Source: Tubulanus polymorphus
Taxonomy: Eukaryota > Animalia > Nemertea
Length of the DNA stretch: 64,000 bases
NCBI RefSeq assembly: GCF_964204645.1
Contig: NC_134025.1
Coordinates: 18,327,101 to 18,391,100, forward strand
Direction of reading: 5' to 3'
Position 1 is the first letter of the stretch; the number at the start of each line of letters is the position of its first letter. Shown here piece by piece: positions 13,901 to 25,100 of this stretch. The notes under the pieces were generated by a model, which ran no database searches, had not been told where the DNA came from, and was given only the letters and a program-made list of their open reading frames with translations. Position numbers and translations under genes: made by a program.

Positions 13901-14948
13901 CAAGTTATCAAAAAAGAATTAAACCTGATAATCATATTCATACAGAAAAGTTAATGGTAACTCAAGAAGATAAATATAATTATGTAGTGCATTATAGAAT
14001 GTTAAAATTCTATTTGAATCAAGGAATGGTTCTAAAAAAAAGTACATAGATATATTTCATTCAGTCAATCTAAATGGTTAGAAAAATATATAGATTTTAA
14101 CACCAAACAGAGAACTAAAGCTAAAACTGATTTTGAGAACGATTTTTTCAAACTAACGAATAATGCATTCTATGGTAAGACTTGTGAGAATATTAGAAAT
14201 AGAAATGATATTGAGTTGGTGAGCAAAGGTAAAAGAATTAGACATTTACAAACATATCCTAAATTTATTGGTAACAGAATGTTTGATGAAAATTTAGCTG
14301 CAGTTAAAATGAAAAGAACTTCTATGAAATTTAATAAACCAATTTATGTTGGAGCTACAGTTTTAGAAATATCAAAGTTACTAATGTATAAATTCTATTA
14401 TAACGTATTAAACCTCATTTTGGAGAAAAGCGCATAGAAATCTTATATTTTGATACCGATAGTTACATATTAAAGATTAAAACTAATAACATAACAGATG
14501 ATTTAAAAACATTAAAACATAATTTTGATTTCAGTAATTATCCAAAAGATCATGAATTGTGAACAATGATAATAAAAAGGTGCCTGGTAAATTCATTGGA
14601 ATTCGATCTAAAATGTATAGTTATAGAACTAAAGAACATGAAGCTAAAAAGTTAAAATGTATAACAAAAAGTGTAGTAGAAAAGAATATTCATTTTAAAG
14701 ATTACATCAATTGTATATTCAATGAAGAAGTTAGAAAACATAAGATGAAATGTTTAAGATCTGAAGATCACGAGATGTTTATTGAAGAGATAGAGAAGAT
14801 AAGTTTAAACCCATTCGATGATAAAAGATATATTCTGGATGATGGTATACACGCAGTTGCTTATGGTTGCAATTTAGAAGAATACTTAAAATTTAAAAGA
14901 GAAGAAGAGAAAGAAAAGGAAATAATGAACAGGATTCTAAAATGTTAA
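10949..14948 (+). pseudogene. polB: P1 protein-primed family B DNA polymerase (intein-free), multiply frameshifted
   Basis: YGDFES, RDHDRLNGKFRGAAH, FHNLSGYD, YIDANNLYGWAM, NAFYGKT, YFDTDS, FDDKRY; colinear with P2 PolB. Confidence 0.95.
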
Positions 14949-14976
14949 TCAATTTTAGTAAAAATATGTATAATAA

Positions 14977-15662
14977 ATGGAGTCATAACAATCACAAACT
15001 ATAAATATTCACCATAAGAAATGTTCAAAATGTGAATTAGATAAATCATTATCAGAATATCATAATAAAAAAAACTCAGAAAGATGGTAAGCAAAGTTAT
15101 TGTAAAACTTGTAGTAAACTAAGTGACAAACAAAATTATAGAAATAATACTGAAACACGCAAGGATAAGATTGAGCAATATCAAGCAAATGATAGAGAAT
15201 ATTATAATGAACTGAATAAGAATTATCAAAAAGAAAGGCGCCGAACAGATTTTAATTTTGAATTGAAATAATGTTTACGGTCTAGATTATCACATTTATT
15301 CAGTAAAGATTAACATTCAGTTACACTATCTAATTTATTGGATTGTTCAGATGAATTTCTCAAATGCTGGATTATATATCAGGTCAATGAAAAAATGAAT
15401 ATGAATAATTATGGTGAATATTTCCACATTGATCATGTGTTGCCGATTTCTAAATTTAACATGAATGATGAACACAATCAGAAATTAATTTGGAATTGGA
15501 AAAAATTTAAGACCCCTTGAAAAGAAGGAAAATATTAGGAAAGGAAATGAACTAGATTTACAGTTATATTTCGAACAGTTAGATAAAGCAAAGAAATTCA
15601 TTGAATTATGGAATAGTGATCCAAATAATGAAAAATATGTTGAATCTTTATTGAGTGGTTAA
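14977..15662 (+). pseudogene. HNH homing-endonuclease-like gene of P1, disrupted
   Basis: KKCSKC..YCKTC zinc motif, then MNMNNYGEYFHIDHVLPISKF..NW..RPL..ENIRKGN; frameshifts and stops. Confidence 0.8.
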
Positions 15663-15998
15663 AGAATATTTTGTGGATTTATAATCGAGGATCCGAAATG
15701 ACTTATCTGGACAGTTATTGTAACTGCTCCTATAGATAGACAAAAGTAGTGGGTATTAAATCCTAATTCAAATAAAATATATTAAAAATTACATATCTTT
15801 AACTAGCCATTATTTCTATTATATTTTTATTCAAAATCTATTATTTCTTTTAAAAAAGAGATTAAAAATAGATTTTGATAAGATTTGAATAAAGATTCTT
15901 TAACTTCGAATAGAAATTCTTTACCTTAACCAAGCTAGTATTAACTAAAGAGTTACTAGTACCATTTTATATTTTTTTCGCTTTTTTCTCTAATATAA

Positions 15999-16586
15999 AT
16001 GTCAAAGAAATCGAGTAAAAATAGTATTGATATTGACAAGACAATTGAAGATTTAGGTATTACAGATAATAAAGATACAGTTGTTACTAATTGTATTCAA
16101 AATAATAATATTGATTGTAAATACTATTTAACATGTAAGCATCATCTAGAATTATTAATTGCCAGCGGAAAGTGTAACGAATTCCTAAATAGAATTATAA
16201 CTTTACAAGAATTAGATAATATGAAACCAGATAAAGTAATAAAATATTTCAAAATATATGAAGAAGCTAGATTAGCTCGAATAAATGATTCTATTTCGGA
16301 TGGAATAGTTGAATGTTATTCTAAGTTATGTAACCGAGTAATACCAATTGATGATGAAAATAAATTATATACTGATTTAAAAAATGATTACTTAGTTATG
16401 ACAGAACTACAAAAATGGGTTGGATACGCTTCATTCCGATTAGGCGGAATAATGATATTAATTTCTACGGGCGTAATAACATGTTTTAATTTCAAACCTA
16501 CAGTAAATAAACCAGATAATATCGAATCAGATAATAAATCAGAAGATATTGAATCAGAACAAAAATTAACTAAAATGAATGAGTGA
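15999..16586 (+). CDS. P1 conserved hypothetical protein, homolog of 49557-50162
   Basis: Shared CKH.LE.LIASGKC and LY.DLKNDYLVMTEL.KW.GY; TAAATG start. Confidence 0.75.
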   Translation: MSKKSSKNSIDIDKTIEDLGITDNKDTVVTNCIQNNNIDCKYYLTCKHHLELLIASGKCNEFLNRIITLQELDNMKPDKVIKYFKIYEEARLARINDSISDGIVECYSKLCNRVIPIDDENKLYTDLKNDYLVMTELQKWVGYASFRLGGIMILISTGVITCFNFKPTVNKPDNIESDNKSEDIESEQKLTKMNE

Positions 16587-16920
16587 TGATACTAAGAAGA
16601 AGCCTAAATCTGAAAAACAAATTAAATGGGCTAGGGAATTAGGTAAAAGATCTTCAGAATTAAAAAGAGCTAAGAAAAAGAAATTAACTGTGATAAATGA
16701 ATCGCAGAAATTATCTGATATTAATTCGAATGATAATTTATCTAATGCTTCTAATACTGGAAGAAAAAATTACTTATATATTACAATTGGGTTAATCACA
16801 GTAATTATATTCTCTGGCGTAATATATAAATCTAAATTCAAATCTAATAATAATGAAGATGATAAACCTATTATACCAGAAAATAAATCAAATGATAAAG
16901 TCATTGAAACTAAACCATGA
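16579..16920 (+). CDS. P1 small membrane protein, homolog of 50095-50466
   Basis: KKKP...KQI.W.R.LG motif plus one hydrophobic segment. Confidence 0.7.
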   Translation: MSDDTKKKPKSEKQIKWARELGKRSSELKRAKKKKLTVINESQKLSDINSNDNLSNASNTGRKNYLYITIGLITVIIFSGVIYKSKFKSNNNEDDKPIIPENKSNDKVIETKP

Positions 16921-16944
16921 TTATTATTAATGGATTAAAATAAG

Positions 16945-17757
16945 ATGAAAAAAGAACAATATTTCTGGATATTAAATGTTATAGATATATTCAGTAGATA
17001 CGCTTGGTTTATTCCAATCAAAAATAAAACAGGTATAGAAGTTACTAATCCGTTCAAGTTAATATTTAAAGAAGCTATTCCAGGTAAGATACAATTTGAT
17101 GAAGGTAAGGAATTTTAAAATAAACATTTTAAAAAATTATTATCTGATAACAGTATAGAATATTTTTCAACACACTCTAATAAAAAAGCATCTATTATAG
17201 AAAGATTTAATAAAACATTGAAAACTAGAATGTGGAAATATTTTATAGCAAATGAAACATATAAATATATCGATGTATTAGAGGATTTAGTGAAAGGTTA
17301 TGATAATTCTAAACATTCAAGTATTGGTGTGAAACCTATACAAGCTAGAAGAGAAGATAATTCAGAAATAGTTTGGAACAATTTATATGGTGCATTTGTA
17401 ACGCATGATTTTGGAGAACCTTAATTTAAAATTGGTCAACATGTTAGAATATCTAAATATAGAAAAACATTTTATAAAGGTTATACTCCAAATTTTACGG
17501 GACAAATATTCAAGATTAAAAAGATATCAACTAAACCTTTTGTTTATAGATTAGTAGGTTTAAAAGATGAAGATATATTAGGTTATTCCTATGAACAAGA
17601 ATTATCGCTTGTACCAAATCCAGATGATATAGAATACAAACTAGAAAAAGTATTGAAAACAAAAACTCTTAAAGGAAAAAGTATTCTTTGGTTGAATATA
17701 AAGGGTATGATGATAAATTTAATGAATGGATTTTATCTATTAAAATTAAAAGAATAA
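16945..17757 (+). pseudogene. P1 retroviral-type integrase (core plus chromodomain; N-terminus missing)
   Basis: LNVIDIFSRYAW, QFDEGKEF, SIIERFNKTLKTRMWKYF, FKIGQHVRISKY, KGYDDKFNEW; internal stops. Confidence 0.88.
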
Positions 17758-18369
17758 ATGAATAAAGATTTATTTATATTTGAACCGCATAATATGTTAG
17801 TTACTGGGGTAACAAATTGTGGTAAAACACATTTCATATTAGATTTATTAGAAACTATTTATAAGAATCATTTTGATAATATAATATTATTCTGTCCTTC
17901 TTATGAAATGAATAAAACATATAATAGAGATATAGTTAAGATAAAAAAGTTTATTATATTAGATCCTAAAACAGTTAAAGAAAATTTAGATAATTGTATT
18001 AAAATAGCAATCGATATTTACAAAGGATCTAATACATTATTCATTATAGATGATTGTGCTAATTTACATGATTCAAAAGTTAGAGAAAGTGAGATATGTT
18101 ATCTGGCTTTCTCTGGGAGACATTTTGGGATAACAACATTGGTTTTAAATCAAAAATATAATTCAATTGTTAAAGATTTTTGAGAAAACATTAGATTTCT
18201 AGTTTTATTCTACAATAAAGATAGAAAATCGATGCAACAATCATTGGAAGAAAATCAAATTATACCTACTGAATTACATGATGAATATATGAATAAATTA
18301 AAAAGTAATAAAGGTTCAAAATTATTACTGCGGCTTCAATTTCCTTATGAATATAAATTTATGAAATAA
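17758..18369 (+). pseudogene. P1 packaging ATPase (A32/FtsK-like), premature stop at 18181
   Basis: Walker A GVTNCGKT, Walker B FIIDD, SGRH; very similar to 48664-49272. Confidence 0.9.
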
Positions 18370-18389
18370 GGTATTTCAAATAATTAATA

Positions 18390-18690
18390 CCCCCTTGTGT
18401 CTTTATTGTCTTTAGTAGTTTTAGTACTTTTAGTACATAAAGAATACATCTTTATTATATTCGTACTGATATAAATTATTTTTAAAACTACTAAACTACT
18501 AAAGACAATAAAGACACATAGATTTATCATTGCTGAATCAAATATAAATGATAAATCTGTGAGATAAATAAATCTATGATATTTATTACTGAATCAAATA
18601 TATATAAAAAATCTATGTGTGTTTGTTATGTCTTTATTATCTTTAGTACTTTTATTACTTTTAGTACATAAAGAATATATCTTCCTATAA
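18390..18690. repeat. AT-rich direct/inverted repeat block of P1
   Basis: TGTGTCTTTATTGTCTTTAGTAG and its inverse CTACTAAAGACAATAAAGACACA; block duplicated at ~18630. Confidence 0.6.
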
Positions 18691-19287
18691 TAGTTATAAT
18701 TGCAGAAGCCATTTATTTAATAAAGAAAATTACGTATTTATATAGGAGGAATATATTTTTGTTTTTCTAAATAATCAATAGTTAAATTAGATAAAAGTAA
18801 CTGCTAATGTTAATTGTAAAATATCATTGATATCAAATCTATCAACATTAACACTTCCCATTTTAGATACTTTTTTAATACCACTGAATAACCAACAGTT
18901 CCAACTGATAGTAATGCTCCATTATATAAACCAGTTATTATCCACTTCTGATCCGCAATTTATTTAGAAAAAAATTACTATCTTCAAAATATTTAGTTAT
19001 CTTAGTTATAATTATTTCAACATTTATAATATTATTAGTTTCATTTTCATATATTTCAGTTATTATTATTTTTAATATCATCAATAATAAAATCTTCATC
19101 TAATTCATAAAATCTTAAAGACTCTCTAATTGAATCAGTGATCTTTTCTACATTAAAAGTTTCTTTATTTACTGTTGTTTCATATTCAAATGTTGTTTCA
19201 TTAAAAAATGTAATTCATGTATTTCATTTCTTTTTCGCGTTTAAAATCAAATCCAAAACATATACTCGGTCCAACAGTTATATTCAT
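18680..19287 (-). pseudogene. P1 relics of three small genes (homologs of 42274-42615, 42616-42837 and the start of 42866-43288)
   Basis: Reverse strand reads MNITVGPSICFGFDFK, KWIITGLYNGALLSVGTVGYS and MASAIITIIG, then is truncated. Confidence 0.8.
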
Positions 19288-19299
19288 TTATATAGTGAA

Positions 19300-20056
19300 A
19301 AATTATTCTTTACATCTTATAACTAATTCATAAATTACAGGAGAATTATTTAAATCAATTAAGCATCCATTATGATTTCTTATTTCTAACTTAAAATTAT
19401 TAAATTTTGGAATACAAGGTTTAAAATCACACTCAGCTAAATTATAATTTATTTGTGTTCCAAATTGTTTAACATTTTTAATAGTAAAATATTTAATATA
19501 CTAGAATTACAAATTGTATCTTTAGTTGCTTCGAAAGTTTTTACAGGGTCGATTAAATTGCAATAAATATAAACGTGTGTAAAAGGCATTAAGTTTGGTG
19601 TAGCTTCGGCATTACGTATCCTTACATCTGGGTTAATTCCTAACAGTTTAGCTATATGTTTTCTAACCACAAATTGATGTTCATCATTAGCTAACTTTAT
19701 TCTTACTTTATTATTGATATCACTTTAAAAAAATTTAATTCCAAATCCAACAGACCCACCCATTTTTAAACGAGCTCTTTTATTAATTTCTTGCGCTAAT
19801 GTTTCTAAATTATATAATCCTGGTTTTAAAATAGATGATACCATTTATTCAAATTTCTAGCATGAACTAAAAAAGCTAAATGATCAAGACTTTTATTCGA
19901 TATATTGTAAAAAGAGTAACATAAACTTACATTTACTAATTTTAAATCTACACAATTTTGATATTCCCTATCTAATTGTACTAGTAAATTATGAGATTTA
20001 TAATTTTTAAGCCTTCTTGAATCAACAAATATTCTATATTCCTTTAATTCTACCAT
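19300..20056 (-). pseudogene. P1 minor capsid (penton) protein, frameshifted
   Basis: MVELKEYRIFVDSR..YNIS..IAKLLGI..YIYCNLI..ILNIL; homolog of 41498-42257. Confidence 0.75.
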
Positions 20057-20069
20057 TTATTTTACATAT

Positions 20070-20225
20070 TTTATTCGAAATCTATATCATGGTGCCCTTT
20101 TTCATTCTTACCTTTATATATAAAATAGAAATCACCTGAACATAATTCTTCAATATCTTCACTTGATAATCTATTAAATCTATCTGGTAAATATGTTCTG
20201 AATTTATATTTGATGATAAATTTAA
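20070..20225 (-). pseudogene. P1 relic of terminal small gene, homolog of 50614-50940
   Basis: YLPDRF..YIYKGKNEKGHHDIDFE vs FLPDKW..YHGKNEDGHHDLEIVD. Confidence 0.65.
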
Positions 20226-20327
20226 TGACCCACCACGTACGAGTATCCCAGAAACACCCGCCTATTTAAATGAAGAAATCCCACACTTCGAATTTAAAAT
20301 TATACGATTAAATTTATTCTTACGAAA

Positions 20328-20369
20328 CCACAACGTTTCGGCTGTTGACTAACAGCCATCATCAGGTGG
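20328..20369 (-). ncRNA. Minimal type I hammerhead ribozyme in the Penelope pseudo-LTR
   Basis: CCAC-CUGAUGA-U-GGCUGUU(AGUC)AACAGCC-GAAAC-GUU-GUGG: core boxes, stems I and II, palindromic ACGU stem III typical of PLE hammerheads. Confidence 0.85.
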
Positions 20370-21199
20370 AATGACCAGAAAAACAAGTAACAAAGCATAT
20401 AAACTCACAGGATCTAAAATAGAAGCAGTGTGTCAAAATTGAAGATAAACAGACCAAGCAATAAAACATCAAGGGGTACCGTGGAAACCACAGCAATTCT
20501 AAACAGTTCAGAGTAAAAACAAATTATGTAACTTTTTGAAGTGGACTGAAGAGAGTGGCGATAACAGAGTGACACATAGTGACATTAACCCAAATCTAAT
20601 AAAGAGTTGATGTGTCTGAATAATAATTGGTTATGTGGATAAAAACCAGTATTTAAATTAGTAGATAAATTGGATTTCGGGAGTTTACATATAAGGGCTG
20701 ATTCCACTATGTGTCTCTTATGAATATCTCTACAAGGATAGATTAGTTTCGAATTCTGAAAGTCAAATTGGTGATTGGTTGTAAAGACATGATTTGCTAT
20801 TCCACTCTCAGGCTTTTGGTTGCGGATATCTATTTTGTGTTCTTTAATACGCTGACTGAGAGTAATTGGGAAAGTAGGCTTTCAGATCAGAGGTCGAAGG
20901 TCGACCACTCATCACCACAAGTAATTTTTTTTCCTAATAAATAGGAGATAGAAAAGCATTCTTAGCAACAATAAATAACAGAATTAAACCAACAAAAAAA
21001 AAATTTGAAATAAAAAAGTTAGTTGATGTTACAAAAGAAATTGAACATAAGATATTGAAATTAGAAAAGATAAAAACTAAATATGGAGAGAAAGTATCAG
21101 CGAATTAAGAAATAAAAATAAGTTTAGAAAAATTAAATTTTTTTTTTTTCCTTTTTTCCAAAAATAAACACACTTTTTAATATAAAAGCGCTAATAAAA

Positions 21200-21420
21200 T
21201 GATAAAATTGTTCAATATTAAAAGTGTGAGTATAATAATTTAGATTTTCAATATTAAAAGTGTGAGTAAAGTGTGAGTAAAATGATAAAATTGTTCAATA
21301 TTAAAAGTGTGAGTAAAGTGTGAGTAAAATAATTGAGATTTTCAATATTAAAAGTGTGAATAAAGTGTGAGTAAAATAATTGAGATTTTCAATATTAAAA
21401 GTGTGAGTAAAGTGTGAGTA
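21200..21420 (+). repeat. AAAGTGTGAGT / TTCAATATT composite tandem repeat (mirror copy at ~30815-31050)
   Basis: About 45-bp units seen directly. Confidence 0.85.
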
Positions 21421-21437
21421 ATAATTTTGTTATAAAA

Positions 21438-22094
21438 ATGAAGAAAGAAGAACCCAACTTCAAAATCGAAATCAATGAAACCAATAAATCATTTTCACAG
21501 TTTAACATTAGAAATTATATTTCAGCAACAAATTTAGTATATGGAAGACAATATAAAATTGATAATATTACTATAATTAATCAAATATTATTAAATGAAA
21601 CATATTTAATTACTGAACTAATAGATACTTTAGATAATGGCGCCAAAAATCCTAAAATATTTAATACAGTTTTAAATTATAAAGGTAATTTAGATGAAAA
21701 CATAATAAATATTCTTAAATTTCCTTTTAATGAAAGAGAAAGTGATATAATACTTTCAAAAGGTAATGATAGGATAGACTTAAGAATTGAAAAACGACAA
21801 TTATATTATTGTAATTTTGATAATAAACAAATTATTTATAATGAAAATACATCAAATATTGAAATTCAATGTGATTTAGAAAACAATAATTCTTTTAAAG
21901 ATATTGCAATTCAGTGTGATTTAGAAAATAGTAAATCTTTTAAACATATCGCAATGCAATGTGATTTAGAAAATGAATTCAAAAGATTTAATCCTAATGA
22001 AAAAATTCATTGTTATTGCGGAGGTAAATATTCAAAATCACATAAATCAAAGCATTACCAAACAATTTAACATAAAAACTGGTGTAAAGAGTAA
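21438..22094 (+). pseudogene. Left-arm copy of zinc-finger/IQCDLEN-repeat protein (premature TAA at 22068)
   Basis: Nearly identical to the right-arm ORF; ATG in AAAAATG context. Confidence 0.65.
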
Positions 22095-22149
22095 CAATTC
22101 TACATTGAAAATAAATTAAATAGTCAAATAATTATTGAATTTAGTTAAA

Positions 22150-25100
22150 TGATTTAAATATCTAATAGACTGTTGAAATGATAAATTGTTTGGCTGTTAA
22201 AATGATAAATTGTTTGACAGATTGAAATGATAAACTGTTTGACAGTTGAAATGATAAATTGTTTGACAGTTTAAATGATAAATTGTTTGACAGTTGAAAT
22301 GATAAATTGTTTGACAGTTTAAATGATAAATTGTTTGACATTTGAAATGATAAATTGTTTGACTGTTGGAATAATTTGACAGTTGAAATGATAAATTGTT
22401 TGACAGTTGAAATGATAAATTGTTCGACTATTGAAATGATAAATTGTTTGACAGTTGAAATGATAAATTGTTTGACCGTTGAAATGATAAATGGTTTGAC
22501 AGTTAAAATGATAAATTGTTTTGACAGTTTTAATGATAAATTGTTCGACTATTGAAATGATAAATTGTTTGACAGTTGAAATGATAAATGGTTTGACAGT
22601 TGAAATGATAAATTGTTTGAAAGCTGAAATGATAAATTGTTCGACAGTTGAAACGATAAATTGTTCGACTGTTGAAATGATTTGACAGTTGAAATGATAA
22701 ATTGTTTGACAGTTGAAATGATAAATTGTTTGACAGTTGAAATGATAAATTGTTTGGTAGTTGAAATGATAAATTGTTTGACAGTTGAAATGGTAAATTG
22801 TTTGACAGTTGAAATGATAAATTGTTCAACTGTTGTAATGATAAGACAGTTGAAATGATAAATTGTTTGACAGTTGAAATGATAAATTCTTTGACAGTTG
22901 AAATGATAAATTGTTTGACAGTTGAAATGATAAATTGTTCGACTGCTGAAATGATAAATTGTTCGGCAGTTGAAATGATAAATTGTTTGACAGTTGAAAT
23001 GATAAATTGTTTGACAGTTGAAATTATATATTGTTCGTCTGTTGAAATGATAAATTGTTCGGCAGTTGAAATGATAAATTGTTTGACAGTTGAAATGATA
23101 AATTGTTTGACAGTTGAAATGATAAATTGTTCGACTGTTGAAATGATAAATTGTTTGACAGTTGAAATGATAAATTGTTTGACAGTTGATATGATAAATT
23201 GTTTGACCGTTGAAATGATAAATGGTTTGACAGTTGAAATGATAAATTGTTTGACAGTTTTAATGATAAATTGTTCGAATGTTGAAATGATAAATTGTTT
23301 GACAGTTGAAATGATAAATGGTTTGACAGTTGAAATGATAAATTGTTTGACAGTTGAAATGATAAATTGTTTGACAGTTGAAATTATATATTGTTCGTCT
23401 GTTGAAATGATAAATTGTTCGGCAGTTGAAATGATAAATTGTTTGACAGTTGAAATGATAAATTGTTTGACAGTTGAAATGATAAATTGTTCGACTGTTG
23501 AAATGATAAATTGTTTGACAGTTGAAATGATAAATTGTTTGACAGTTGATATGATAAATTGTTTGACCGTTGAAATGATAAATGGTTTGACAGTTGAAAT
23601 GATAAATTGTTTGACAGTTTTAATGATAAATTGTTCGAATGTTGAAATGATAAATTGTTTGACAGTTGAAATGATAAATGGTTTGACAGTTGAAATGATA
23701 AATTGTTTGACAGTTGAAATGATAAATTGTTTGACAGTTGAAATGATAAATTGTTTGACAGTTTAAATGATAAATTGTTTGACAGTTGAAATGATAAATT
23801 GTTCGACTGTTGAAATGATAAATTGTTTGACCGTTGAAATGATAAATGGTTTGACAGTTGAAATGATAAATTGTTTTGACAGTTTTAATGATAAATTGTT
23901 CGACTATTGAAATGATAAATTGTTTGACAGTTGAAATGATAAATGGTTTGACAGTTGAAATGATAAAATGTTTGACAGTTGAAATGATAAATTGTTTGAC
24001 AGTTGAAATGATAAATTGTTCGACTGTTGAAATGATAAATTGTTTGACAGTTGAAATGATAAATTGTTTGACAGTTGATATGATAAATTGTTTGACCGTT
24101 GAAATGATAAATGGTTTGACAGTTGAAATGATAAATTGTTTGACAGTTTTAATGATAAATTGTTCGAATGTTGAAATGATAAATTGTTTGACAGTTGAAA
24201 TGATAAATGGTTTGACAGTTGAAATGATAAATTGTTTGACAGTTGAAATGATAAATTGTTTGACAGTTGAAATGATAAATTGTTTGACAGTTTAAATGAT
24301 AAATTGTTTGACAGTTGAAATGATAAATTGTTCGACTGTTGAAATGATAAATTGTTTGACCGTTGAAATGATAAATGGTTTGACAGTTGAAATGATAAAT
24401 TGTTTTGACAGTTTTAATGATAAATTGTTCGACTATTGAAATGATAAATTGTTTGACAGTTGAAATGATAAATGGTTTGACAGTTGAAATGATAAAATGT
24501 TTGACAGTTGAAATGATAAATTGTTTAACAGTTGAAATGATAAATTGTTTGACAGTTGAAATGATAAATTGTTTGACAGTTGAAATGATAAATTGTTTGA
24601 CAGTTGAAATGATAAATGGTTTGACAGTTGAAATGATAAAATGTTTGACAGTTGAAATGATAAATTGTTTAACAGTTGAAATGATAAATTGTTTGACAGT
24701 TGAAATGATAAATTGTTTGACAGTTGAAATGATAAATTGTTTGACAGTTGAAATGATAAATAGTTTGACAATTGAAATGATAAATTGTTTAACAGTTGAA
24801 ATGATAAATTGTTTGAAAGCTGAAATGATAAATTGTTCGACATTTGAAATGATAAATTGTTTGACATTTGAAATGATAAATTGTTTGACAGTTGAAATGA
24901 TAAATTGTTTGACAGTTGAAATGATAAATTGTTTGACAGTTGAAATGATAAATTGTTTGGCAGTTGAAATGATAAATTGTTTGACAGTTGAAATGATAAA
25001 TTGTTTGACAGTTGAAATGATAAATTGTTTGACAGTTGAAATGATAAATTGTTCGACTGTTGAAATGATAAATTGTTTGACAGTTGAAATGATAAATTGT

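Noticed and set aside
15695-15745. SECIS element (AUGA-containing stem)
   Set aside because: No matching GA quartet or apical AA, and no selenoprotein ORF; kept only as an unclassified structured element.
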